Origin: Octopus sinensis
Lineage: Eukaryota
DNA length: 64,000 nt
NCBI RefSeq assembly: GCF_006345805.1
Contig: NC_042997.1
Coordinates: 160,704,001 to 160,768,000, forward strand
Direction of reading: 5' to 3'
In this document: positions 24,797 through 36,079 of the stretch, piece after piece
Layout: each line of letters starts with the position of its first letter
How positions within the stretch are numbered: position 1 is the stretch's first letter
Program-made: the position numbers and the translations under genes
Notes under the pieces: model-generated
Told to the model about the DNA's origin: nothing
The model's input: only the letters and a program-made list of their open reading frames with translations
Databases searched by the model: none

Positions 24797-25873
24797 CATA
24801 TATATATATGTGTATATATGTATATATATATATATGGAGAGAGAGAGAGAGAGGAAGAGAGATATATATGTGTATGTGTGTATGTGTTTGAGTGTGTTTG
24901 TGAATGTGTGTGTATGTGCGCGATTGTGTTTTTAGTTATATGTGTGTGAAGTTTTGGTATGTGTAATGTGTGTGTATATGCATAAATGCATGTTTTCTAT
25001 GCATATACGCATTTGCTTGTCTATATATATACTCATTTAATTATGGGTATGGTATATGTATATAATACACCGTTTATCTATACTAACACACACACGCACA
25101 CACACGCAAACACGCGTACACACACATAAACACATACATACACAAACACACGTATATGTATCCCCTTTCGTTTCCTCTCTCTTCCTTTCACTAATTCATT
25201 TTATCTCCCCTTCTCCTCCTTTCGTTTTTCTCTCTCATCCTTTTTATGATTTTTTTCCTTTCCCCTTCACCGTTCTCTGTCTGTCCCTCCCTCTTCCTCA
25301 CTCGTTCCTCTTTTACTCTCTCGTTGCTCACACGTGACCATCGGCCATCTTTCTACTCCTAACCTGAGTTTCTTTCAGCTACAGAGATAAGACGCATTTT
25401 TGTCTGTCTCCTATCAAAGCTTGTTCCTCCAGCTTTTGCCACCTCACCACGTTAAGGCTTAGCAGCCCTTACTTTTTCTTTTTACTGTCCTGTTTTTGTT
25501 ACCAACTTTGACCCTCTACAAATTTTATTTAAGTTTATTTGATTTTATTTAATTTGCTTTGCGGGAGCAACTATTTTGACGAAGGTGCATCTTGTCGTAA
25601 TTGCTCGAAATGCAGAATAGATAAAACAGTCGACAACTGATGAAAGGTCATTCCTTATATTACTTGTCTTGTTTTCCATTTGTTTCTTTCGTTGTTCGCA
25701 AAAAATAGTTCGTATTTCATGCTTTTTTCGTATTTCATCTTGTTTACGTTCTAGGACGTCCTGTAGCCATGTATGCATATGTATATACATATATATGTAA
25801 GTATGTACATATATGTACGTGTATATGTATAATAATATATATATGCATATATATATTATTATATTAGTTATAT

Positions 25874-25905
<32 letters not shown>

Positions 25906-25907
25906 AT

Positions 25908-25967
<60 letters not shown>

Positions 25968-26259
25968 TGTATCGATGTATTTACGTCTATATACACACAC
26001 TACACGACATCAGCATTTGTGAGCTAATTTAAAATGTAATTGAAGAATTATCTATGTAGGTAGTGCTATATACGTATGTTATGTGCGCGTAGATAAATAT
26101 AGAGATAGAAAAAGACGCATAGACATACATACTTGCATACATGCATATATACATGCAGGCAAACATACATAAATACATACGTAAAAACGTAAATACATAT
26201 ATACATATATACATACATTCATTCATCTACTTACTCTTGCTCTTTATACGCTTGTTTAC

Positions 26260-26301
26260 CTGAACGAATATCACCCTCGCTCCAGAAGTATGTCAAATAT
26301 G
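26260..26301 (-). CDS. Candidate symmetric 42-nt exon (xYLTYFWSEGDIRSG), unverified
   Basis: tttccag|CATATT...TTCAG|gtaaac. Only the phase 1-1 frame is open. Weak pyrimidine tract. Confidence 0.2.
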
Positions 26302-26369
26302 CTGGAAATTTTGATTATAATATCAACTTTTGATTATCATATCAACTTTACAATAATATCAACTTTGCA

Positions 26370-27735
26370 ATAATAGGATTGCGGTTACCATCAGGAGAGA
26401 CCATGGATGAATCCGACTGTAGTGGGTATAGATATTTAGGAATTTTGGAGTTGGATGATATTCTACACAGAGTCAAGGTCAGCGAAACATATCAAAATAG
26501 AGTGAAGATGGTGTTGAAATCCAACCTGAATGCCAAAAATTTGATTACCGCAATGAATATCTGGGCAGTTGCGGTGGCCAGATATAGTGTGTCCATCCTC
26601 AAATGGATGGAGAAGGAAATATTAAAACTGGATAAAAGGACGAGAAAGTTGATGATGCTACATGGGATGCTACACCCTAAATTAAACGTAAACAGACTAT
26701 GTGAAAAGAAAGAATGGTGGCAGAGGACTAATTAGTATAGACCATTGTATAAGGAGTGAAAAGGGAACGCTTGCCGAGTATTTAATAAATAGTGATGATG
26801 ACCTGCTGCAATATGCCGCGAAAGATATGGGTGCAAATGCAGATGAAATGATTGGCAAGGAAGAGTTTACCTAAAAAGCTGAGGCGAAGAGAAAAGAAGA
26901 CCTTCCTGAAATGAGAATGCATGAACATTTTGAAAAGAATACAAAAGACGTTAAGGATAACACAGCATCATAGGCATGGCTTGAGCGAGGTGATTTAAAG
27001 CGCACCACCGAAAGCCTGATCATTGCTGCACAAGACCAGGCTCTTGCTACCAATTCAGTGAAGTATAACATCTATAAAACTTCTGACACCCAGAAATGCA
27101 GACTGTGGAAAGAGTGTGGAAAATGTGATCCACTTGGTAAGTGGATGTGAGAGCCTCGCACAAAAAGAATACAAGCGCCGCCACGATAAAGTGTGTGTGT
27201 ATCTTCATTAGCTCTTATGCCGTAAATACTAATATGAAGTAACAGAGAACTGATATGAGCATTTACCAAGTAAAGTTATGCAGGAGGATGGAAAAGTAAC
27301 GATACCCTGGGACTATGATTTTCAGACGGGTCGTGTAATCGAACACCATTGGCCGGGTATTGTCATATTGAACAAGAGAGACAAATACTCAGATCATTGA
27401 TGTAGCCATACTAAATGGCATGAATTTTATGAGTAAAGAGGTTGAAACAATTACCAAGTACTACGAATTGTAAGTGGAAATGGCAAGACTATGGAATGCG
27501 AGAGGGTAATGTAAACGTGATACCAGCAGTGATCGGAGCGTTGGGCTGAATTCCACTGAAAATTCAAGATTTCTTAAGGCAACTGGAAATCCTATGCAAG
27601 ACTGATGTCTTGCAAAAAGCAGCTTTATTGGGTACAGCGCACATCTTAGGAAAGTATTATCTGTCTGAGTTCCTTGTTGTAACTTGACAGATTATTAAAA
27701 ACTCCGATGCATTTTACCTACATTGTGTTACGAAG
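26370..27735 (+). mobile_element. R4/Dong-clade RLE LINE, 3' fragment (RT C-terminus, CCHC knuckle, RLE), degenerate
   Basis: YRYLGILE...LKSNLNAKNLITAMNIWAV...HGMLHPK; TESLIIAAQDQAL...KCRL...KEYKRRHDKV...WDYDFQT...HWPGIV...IIDVAI...LQKAALLGTAHIL. Ends in (AAT)n. Confidence 0.9.
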
Positions 27736-27758
27736 GAATAATAATAATAATAATAATA

Positions 27759-27823
<65 letters not shown>

Positions 27824-27825
<2 letters not shown>

Positions 27826-28260
27826 CACAGATAGAGAAATTAAGGCCAACAGACCAGATATAGTTGTCAGAGATCATGAAGAAAAAAAATGCTTTCTAAT
27901 TGATGTATCAATACCGGCAGATGACAAAGTGTCTCTAAAAGAAATGGAGAAACTCTCAAAATACAAAGACCTGGAAATAGAGGTAACTAGAATGTGGAAC
28001 CTGAAAACAGAAACAATTCCTATCATAGTAGGTGCATTAGGCATGATAAAAAAATATTCAGACAAATACATAACAAAAACACCAGACTTACAAACACATA
28101 TAACATACAGAAAATTGCACTACTAGGCACTGCACACATCCTACGCAGAACACTTTCCATACAATAACCATCAGAGCAACAAATCACAGCACATACCCAA
28201 GGCACACAGAGCTGCGCTCGGTAGTGAAGTGAAAGCACGATATAAAAATAAAACTACTGA
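27824..28260 (+). mobile_element. Second R4/Dong-clade family, 5'-truncated RLE domain plus 3' UTR, inserted in (AAT)n
   Basis: DREIKANRPDIVVRDHEEKKCFLIDVSIPAD...EKLSKYKDLEIEVTRMW...IPIIVGALG; IQKIALLGTAHILRRTLSIQ*. (AAT)n on both sides (27738-27823, 28262-28345). Confidence 0.92.
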
Positions 28261-28344
28261 ATAATATAATAATAATAATATAATAATAATATAATAATAA
28301 TAATAATAATATAATAATAATGATGATGATGATGATAATACTAA

Positions 28345-28690
28345 TAATATTTGTCTTGGTATAAAAGATGGGCTACAGCAAATATTCTGCTCAATACCAC
28401 AGATTTGCGTGTCAGTTGTTTGACCTTAACCAGTTGAGCATGTTCCTTGATGGCTAACGATATGTGCATCTCTGATCACGAACAGAAGTAGTGGGGAAGC
28501 ATCATACCCATGTGTTGAGAGGGATTCTTTGGGGGTTGAATAATTCACCTCTGGGTGGTTCGTTCAACATCCTCAAACAATCCTTATTCAGGGACCTTTC
28601 TGAGCGGGATGGGTTACTCGACCAGAAGAAAATTCTAACTGGGCCCCACCTGCAAGGTCATGTGATGTTTATCTTGATATGAAATCACGA
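28345..28690 (+). mobile_element. Non-coding interspersed repeat, probably a LINE 3' UTR fragment
   Basis: GC-richer block starting right after the (AAT)n tract. I recognise it as a common octopus repeat from memory only. Confidence 0.45.
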
Positions 28691-29766
28691 AGACAGCACT
28701 TCTCTCTCCACTTTCAATTTCCTTTTCAAGTGAAACTTGAAGAAGTCAAGGAGAGCTCTACCAAAGAGAATGTATCTGTCCTCATGCCTTTCAGCCTTGT
28801 CCATCAAAATAATAATAATAATAATAATTGGCCCAAAAGGGTGAAATGCAAATTTGATCTCAGCGGCATTTGAACTGGGAAGTTAAAATGCCAGAGGAAA
28901 ACAAATTCAAAGAGCAATTTTTCCAGAGATCTAACAATTCTGCCATATAGTAACGATAGCGACAACAGCTAATTAAAAATACCCACAAACAGAAATGACC
29001 TACTATGAAAAGACAGTTGCCTACACTCGCACACACATATATATCCTTATATGCATATATATATTAAGATATACACACACAGGCGCACACATACAAGCGT
29101 TCTCACACAAGCGCGCACACACACAGGCGAACATACACGCACTCAAACTTCACACTTGTGTGAGTGTATGTGCGTGTGTTCGTGCGTATGTGTGCGTGTG
29201 CGTGTGCGTGTGTGTGTGAATGTGTGTGTTTGTATTTGTGCGTGGTAGTATAAAAATATGCGGGTTTGTGTTTGAGCGAGTAGTAAAACCACTTGGAACA
29301 AAAACTAGGAACTTCCATAATATTTGTCATTGAGCCACGTAGGTATCTTTTTAATGGAAAATTTCAAAATTTGTACTCTGAAATAAAAGCTGCGATTGTC
29401 ATCTCACTTGTTGCTTATAAGTGGATAGCTAACAAGCCATATGTACAGAGATGCACTTGCATCGCAGAAGCACCGTAGTGTTATGATGAACAGACACCAT
29501 ATTATCTTGTTTATTTTGTCTCTTTAGAATTATCTCAAACGCGAATGACGATTAACAGAGATTGACTGAGTAAAGACTCTTGAGAAAGTTTTACCTATCA
29601 ACATGAAGCAACCATCATTATCGTTTATCTGTGTGTATATAAATGTGTGTGTGAGTGCATACAGAAACAGAGACAGACAGACAGACATGCAATAAGAGCG
29701 TTGTAGTTTGCTAGAAGCATTGTAGTACCGAAGAAAGGGAAAGAGAAAAGGAAAATAAGAAAGCTT

Positions 29767-29965
29767 CTGACAATGCAGAAAGTTTCACTAGAAAACTTAA
29801 TATTTCAGGCAAAAAGGCCCATTCTCAGAAGGGAACAGTCTGGGAAATGTCCCGTTACACAGTTTCAGAACATGGTTAACTGGACCTTTCCCAAACAGTT
29901 CCCTTCTGAGGATGGATCTTTGCGGCTGAAACATTAAGGTGTTTGTAAATTTTCCACATTGTCAG
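29767..29965. mobile_element. Fold-back element, ~85-bp arms with 29-nt loop
   Basis: ctgacaatg...cttaat.tttcag...ccattctcagaagggaacagtctgggaaatgtcc (29767-29852) is inverted at 29882-29965. Inner 34 nt are 30/34 identical. Confidence 0.85.
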
Positions 29966-30082
29966 CACCTTTCTTTCCAGACAGACAGACAGTCGGAGAG
30001 GAAGATATAGATATGTATATATACATATATACATTCACGCAGACACACTTATATTTTTGAGCGTGTGTATGTATGTATATAT

Positions 30083-30131
<49 letters not shown>

Positions 30132-30360
30132 TACATACACACATATTTATACAGTAGTTAAATTGTATGGTACACACCTGGTAGTTTGCCGCCGATAAAG
30201 CACGTTCACTGGATCAGTGTCCATGTGTATGCAGTTAATATATACCGTACATACAGTGGAAGCTCGTACATTTACATTTGTGCACATATATACATGCAGA
30301 CATGTATACATATACATACATCTTTGTATATGGACGTGCACGCACAAATAGATAGATGGG

Positions 30361-30467
<107 letters not shown>

Positions 30468-30500
30468 AGAATTATTCTATAATACACAGATACACATATA

Positions 30501-30699
30501 CGAGGGGGTATCGAATAGTTCCTGGCTTTGGATAAAAGAAAATACAGGAGGATCAGTTACTTCTAATTTTATTCAACATTTCCCTTCCAGTTTGACACAC
30601 TTATTGCAGTGGTCCTTCAGTTTTTCTGAGCCCTGTAAAAGGACTCGGAAAGTTTAGCCTCCATACTCTTAAAGGCTGGAACTTTTCTGCACATCCTCG
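30501..30699. mobile_element. Mariner-derived MITE, TA target duplication
   Basis: TA-cgagggggtatcgaatagttcctggcttt ... aaaggctggaacttttctgcacatcctcg-TA. Same family as 48293 and 54809. Confidence 0.85.
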
Positions 30700-30918
30700 T
30701 ATAGTATAAAAATATTTATATCTATCCAGTAATAAACACTGTGGTAGTGGTTGGTGGGTAACCTGATTGCTATTATTTAAAGATTGGGAGTACGTGCATA
30801 TAACGCATATGTATAAGTTTTGATATTCACTATGCATAGAATACACCTAAGGATGCACACATACGCACATACTCACACACACACACTGATACACACACAT
30901 ACACACACGTATGTATAA

Positions 30919-30959
<41 letters not shown>

Positions 30960-31026
30960 GTTATGTTATGTAGGTATGTATGTATATATATATATTTATA
31001 ATATATATATATATAATATATATATC

Positions 31027-31057
<31 letters not shown>

Positions 31058-31074
31058 ATATACATATATATATA

Positions 31075-31381
31075 GATATATGCATAGATACACATATACG
31101 GGTTGTCAGCCTTTTAATTTTATATCAAAGGGGCTTCTCAATCACGATGTTTGATTGTTTCAATATGTGTGTGTGTGTGTGTGTGTGTGTGCGTGCGTAT
31201 GCGTGTGTGTGCGTGTGTGTGTGTGTGTGCGTGTGTCTATATACGTATGTGCCCTTGTGTATATATGCATATGTACATTTATACTTACATCTACATATGT
31301 ATATACGTATATGCACATACGCATATATATATATATATATATATATGTATATGTATGTATGTATTATATATATATATATAT

Positions 31382-31415
<34 letters not shown>

Positions 31416-31720
31416 ATAATATATATATATAATATATATATATATATCATATATATATAGATATATGCATAGATACACATATACGGGTTGTCAGCCTTTT
31501 AATTTTATATCAAAGGGGCTTCTCAATCACGATGTTTGATTGTTTCAATATGTGTGTGTGTGTGTGTGTGTGTGTGCGTGCGTATGCTGTGTGTGCGTGT
31601 GTGTGTGTGTGTGGCGTGTGTCTATATACGTATGTGCCCTTGTATATATGCATAGTACATTTATACTTACATCTACATATGTATATACGTATATGCACAT
31701 ACGCATATATATGTATATAT
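31075..31720. repeat. Tandem duplication, period 385 bp, probable assembly artefact
   Basis: gatatatgcatagatacacatatacgggttgtcagcc... at 31075 and 31460. The second copy differs mainly by 1-2 nt indels in the dinucleotide runs. Confidence 0.85.
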
Positions 31721-31830
31721 ATATAATAATATATGGATATATTGGTATGTACATATATACATATATATATATATATATGTATGTATATATTTATATATGT
31801 ATATATGTGTGTATGTATATATGTACATTG

Positions 31831-31871
<41 letters not shown>

Positions 31872-31892
31872 ATGTAGTTGTACATAGTTGTA

Positions 31893-31933
<41 letters not shown>

Positions 31934-32572
31934 CACAAACATATGTACGTATGTATAAAAAATATATGTCCATATATATATGTATATAAATGATACGTGG
32001 TTGTGTTAATCATTTTTATAGAAGAGTTATGTGTGTCCTGTCATTTTATGTGCTGGAAGAAATATCTCAACGTTATTAGCGCTTTTGTTGACGATGCTCA
32101 CTTCTCCGCTTTGATTTTTCTTCAGTATTCATTCTTTTTATAAACAGCAATACTCAGTGTGTATGTGTATGTGTGTGTGTATGTGTGTGCGTGTGTGTAT
32201 GTTCGTGTGCGTGTGTGTGCCCGTGCGCTTGTGTATGTGTGTATGAGTATGGATGGGTGAACAGATGAATACATATATATGAGTGTCCATGTGTGTATGA
32301 GTACAGTATGTAAGAAATGCATATATATATTTATACATGATATATATTAATATACTCAACTGATATATTCATATGTATACCTTTATATATATATTGATAT
32401 ATACATATATATAATTATAGATACATATCTATATGTATACGTGCACATAAATATCATATATATATAAATGTGATTATATATATATATTATATATATTATA
32501 AGCACACACACACACACAAACACACGCACACACATGTATTATATTTATATTTATTATATATATATTATATAT

Positions 32573-32615
<43 letters not shown>

Positions 32616-32630
32616 CATATATACATATAC

Positions 32631-32663
<33 letters not shown>

Positions 32664-33102
32664 ATATGTATATATATATATTGTATGTATGTATGTATAT
32701 ATATATATATATATATGTGTGTATGTGTAGTATATATGTATTATATATATATATATATATATATCTATATATATATATATACATACAGGTTCATCTGAGA
32801 ATTTGGACTGTTGAAGACCAAGTTTTGTTCGTGAAAACATCAACTCCTACTCCATGTTTGTCTCTCAGATATATTGGCATGATATTAGTAGGTGTGGGTC
32901 TTGGAAAGTCAAGCTATTGCAATACATGATCCACACTCTAAACGGGATGAATCTTAATTCTCATCGGTGGCTATTCCATTCCTGGGGTTAAACTCAAGTC
33001 ACCTTGTCAGCTTGTAAAAAATCCGTTGAACTCATACGCTGAGTTCAAAATCTGTAAAAGTGAAAGCTACAAACAATATGGATTGCTTATTAGCATATGT
33101 AT

Positions 33103-33165
33103 ACTCTTTTACTCTTTTACTTGTTTCTTTTACTTGACTGTGGCCATGCAGGAGCACCGCCTTTA
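33103..33165 (-). mobile_element. SINE-A tail fragment
   Basis: tactcttttactcttttacttgtttc...gactgtggccatgcaggagcaccgcc. Confidence 0.75.
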
Positions 33166-33167
33166 AT

Positions 33168-33200
<33 letters not shown>

Positions 33201-33298
33201 CATATTAAAGGTCACATGCTTTCAACATGTGACCTCGTAAGCACCGCCAGCAATTTTTTTCCTCTGTCTTCCCTTCTCGGGATCTTTCCTTCTCCTTT

Positions 33299-33333
33299 GT
33301 TTCCGACGAAGAGCTCCGCTCGAAACGTTAAGC
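33299..33333 (+). ncRNA. Minimal hammerhead-like motif (U4 changed to C) in a PLE-type terminus (~33205-33432)
   Basis: GTTT-CCGACGA-A-GAGC-TCC-GCTC-GAAAC-GT-T-AAGC. 4-bp stem II, palindromic AACGTT. The terminus ends at (TA)n 33433-33472. Confidence 0.6.
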
Positions 33334-33428
33334 CCTCCTTCCTCCCTTCTTTCCTGAGCGTCCAATAATACTTTATTTGTTTCACGTCCTCGCGTTGGTG
33401 TGGGTTTTTTGTGTTTTCTTGTTTGGAT

Positions 33429-33474
<46 letters not shown>

Positions 33475-33589
33475 TATAGAAATTCGGGGTGAGTACTTGA
33501 TAATATAAGCACCTGTGTATACCGTTTGGTGGTGTAGGTGGTGGAGTAAATTGATCAAAATAAAATAAAAACATGATGCGAAGGATTCA

Positions 33590-33667
33590 GCGGTACATAT
33601 GTTTCGGGCCTTTATTAGACAGATTTATAACAATGCATAATGTATGTCTGTGGCCTTCTTCAGCCGC
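33590..33667 (-). ncRNA. Type I hammerhead ribozyme with extended stem II, in a PLE-type terminus (~33480-34080)
   Basis: Minus strand: GCGG-CTGAAGA-AGGCC-ACAGA...TCTGT-ctaataaa-GGCCC-GAAAC-ATAT-GT-A-CCGC. Intact core, palindromic ACATATGT, GUA triplet. Confidence 0.8.
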
Positions 33668-34179
33668 GCACAACAGCTTCCACAAGGACATGTGTTACAA
33701 CATCAAAAATTCTTGGTTGGGGATGCAAATCCTCTCATTCACGTACGACATAATGCGGCAGCAGCATAGAGTTGAAGCGTCCATCTCTTTCTTCTCTCAA
33801 TGTAGAATGAGGAAATTGGATGTTGAGGTAATGTAAATAAATAAATACATATATAGAGGTGAAGATGGAGGGGCGAGAGTTCAGGACGAGGGATAAAAAA
33901 TGTATAAAAGTGTAAGTATAGAATAATATAAAAAATGTAGAGGATAAAGGGTTGTAAGGAGATGTAAAGGGGGTATAAGAAATATAAAGTAAAATAGAAA
34001 TAGAATAAAAGTAAAAAACCTGATAAAAACATGATAAAAGTGTAAAAGAATGTAAAGATAGGGATGTATAGAGGTTATGGACCAAGCATGGTGGTCAGGA
34101 GATTGATAAAATTTAGTTGTAGAATTGTCAGTACATCAACAGTTTCGTCTGGGGACTTAATGCGTTGTATATATATATA

Positions 34180-34300
34180 TCTGTAAATATAATATGTGAC
34201 AATTATTCAGTAGCCATGATAAAATTCCGAGTTTCGAATGTCGGGGCGCAACTTAGAGTTTTATCATGGCTACCGAATGCCTGTCACATATATTTACAGA
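34180..34300. mobile_element. 121-bp fold-back MITE flanked by TA
   Basis: tctgtaaatat..atgtgaca...attc.gtagccatgataaaa (34180-34224) is inverted at 34259-34300. TA at 34178-34179 and 34301-34302. Confidence 0.8.
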
Positions 34301-34427
34301 TAAATCCCTCTTTTTAATATCGAAGTCTCTTTCATTCTTTTGTTTTCTTACTATTTCCATCAATATATATATTTATTTATATACTTTTATTCGTTTTAAC
34401 CATACATCTGCAGTCATGCTGGAGTAC

Positions 34428-34580
34428 GAGGGCGCATGGCTTAGTGGCTAGAGCGTCGGGCTCTCGATCAGGAGGTAATGAATTCGATTCCCGGACCGGG
34501 CTCTGTATTGTGTTCTTGAGCAAGACACTTCATTTCATGTTGCTTCAGTTCACTCAGCTGTAGAAATGAGTTGCGACGTC

Positions 34581-34581
<1 letters not shown>
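34428..34581 (+). mobile_element. SINE family C 5' part
   Basis: TGGCTTAGTGG A box, TTCGATTCCC B box, central gagcaagacacttcatttc. Confidence 0.85.
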
Positions 34582-34619
<38 letters not shown>

Positions 34620-34660
34620 ATATATATATAGAAGAAAAAAGCAACAAGAATGGATTAGTT

Positions 34661-34751
34661 TTTCAGTACAATTGTTTCATACGAAGACCAGCTTTATTAA
34701 AAGCTGCAAATATTGCAGCAAATACAAGTGTCCCGTACTCATCAGCTAAAA
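34661..34751 (-). ncRNA. Type I hammerhead ribozyme with long stem II insert (same family as 241-331), in PLE terminus ~34632-34850
   Basis: Minus strand: TTTTAG-CTGATGA-GTACGGGAC...GTCTTCGTAT-GAAAC-AATT-GT-A-CTGAAA. Palindromic ACAATTGT. Confidence 0.8.
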
Positions 34752-35040
34752 CACATATGAGTTCTCCAAGCATCCTAGTGGGTGAGGCTGGTGCATCTAA
34801 GTTAACTACCGCATTCAAGTGAATTCAATAGAATTCACTTGAATCTTAATTGCTTTTACTATATATATATATATATATATACATACATATATGTATGCAT
34901 GTATACACATAACACACACACATTCGTTGCTCCGTTTTGTTCATATTATACGAAGTTCCTTGGTTACTGGAAATAAGGTAGGACAAGTGTTACGCCTAAC
35001 GAGGCAGTAACATGCGTCTTGGCTGTCCTTTTCTCTTCAG

Positions 35041-35067
35041 AGAGTAAGCCTGTCTTTTCCGTTAATG
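35041..35067 (+). CDS. Candidate 27-nt symmetric microexon (phase 1: xSKPVFSVNG, or phase 0: RVSLSFPLM), unverified
   Basis: CTAAC branch-like site (34996-35000), gtccttttctcttcag acceptor (ends 35040), ATG|GTAAGT perfect donor (35068). Confidence 0.4.
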
Positions 35068-35578
35068 GTAAGTCAACTTCGGAGAAATTCTTGATTTTGA
35101 ATTTTATCTCTCCTCATACACAGCTGATCTTAACTGCGATTTAGTAGTTTTAACACATCCTCTGAAAACAATGATGGTGTTGATGAATCGAGAAAATAAA
35201 TATGTATGTATTCTTCCTACCTCGATTTCCATGAGGAGTGTTCTAAATATTCAACAAACTGAAACGAAATTTGTGTGTAACTGGTTGGATATTTCACAAA
35301 TAGGTGTGTCTTTAACGTAATTCTCATGCACAGTCTTTCATGACTCAGTTTGTAACGTTGCTGCACGTTTGACTTGTAGTTGCAGTCTATTTGACAGACT
35401 TCCAAAAAACGTTCCGTCATCCCCGTTTTATTCAGTCTTCGGTGGGCGAAACAAGGTTACGATAATCCTGCTCATGATACCACACTGTGAGATCGAACTT
35501 GATCGCATAGCGGGTTACCTAAACATTACACACACACACATACACACATGCACACACACACACACGCACGTACACACG

Positions 35579-35611
<33 letters not shown>

Positions 35612-35694
35612 GCACAAATTCTAATTTAATTTTCCATATGTTAACATGTACCTCCTTGCGACAATGTAAACTTTTATTTAACGAAGATATCCTT

Positions 35695-35778
35695 GGCCTG
35701 AAGAGAAGCCTGCGGTATACACCTCGTTTGGATATTCACCACTTCTGAGGTTCCGCTCGCTATGAAACATATGTGGCT
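35695..35778 (+). ncRNA. Hammerhead-like motif with long stem II and a non-permissive GUG triplet
   Basis: GGC-CTGAAGA-GAAGCCT-GCGG..ACCTC...GAGGT.CCGC-TCGCTAT-GAAAC-ATAT-GT-G-GCT. Palindromic ACATATGT. Confidence 0.5.
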
Positions 35779-36024
35779 CAGGACCTTATCTACTCCATTC
35801 CATAACTGTTGTATTCTTATTCGCACACCCGGCAACTCTGGTCACCTACCGTGAAATACAAAACTTTTTTTCAATTTATCGTACTTCGATACGAAAAAAA
35901 GTCCACAACTTTCCGTCTCAATAAACCACTATTGTCCTTGAAAGTTGTTTTTTGCATTTACTGCGGATTGCTTGAAGCTAACTTTCTTCCAAACATCAAT
36001 ACGTAGATCTTATATATATAAAAT

Positions 36025-36079
<55 letters not shown>

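Noticed and set aside
25637-25660. CTGATGA-AAGG-tcatt-CCTT as a hammerhead
   Set aside because: No GAAA after stem II and no stem I or stem III partners.
25660-25760. Charged coiled-coil-like peptide DVLERKQDEIRKKHEIR on the minus strand
   Set aside because: Explained by A-rich composition. Both splice sites are weak.
29528-29570. Exon after the strong acceptor ttattttgtctctttag
   Set aside because: Stops in all three frames before the weak donor.
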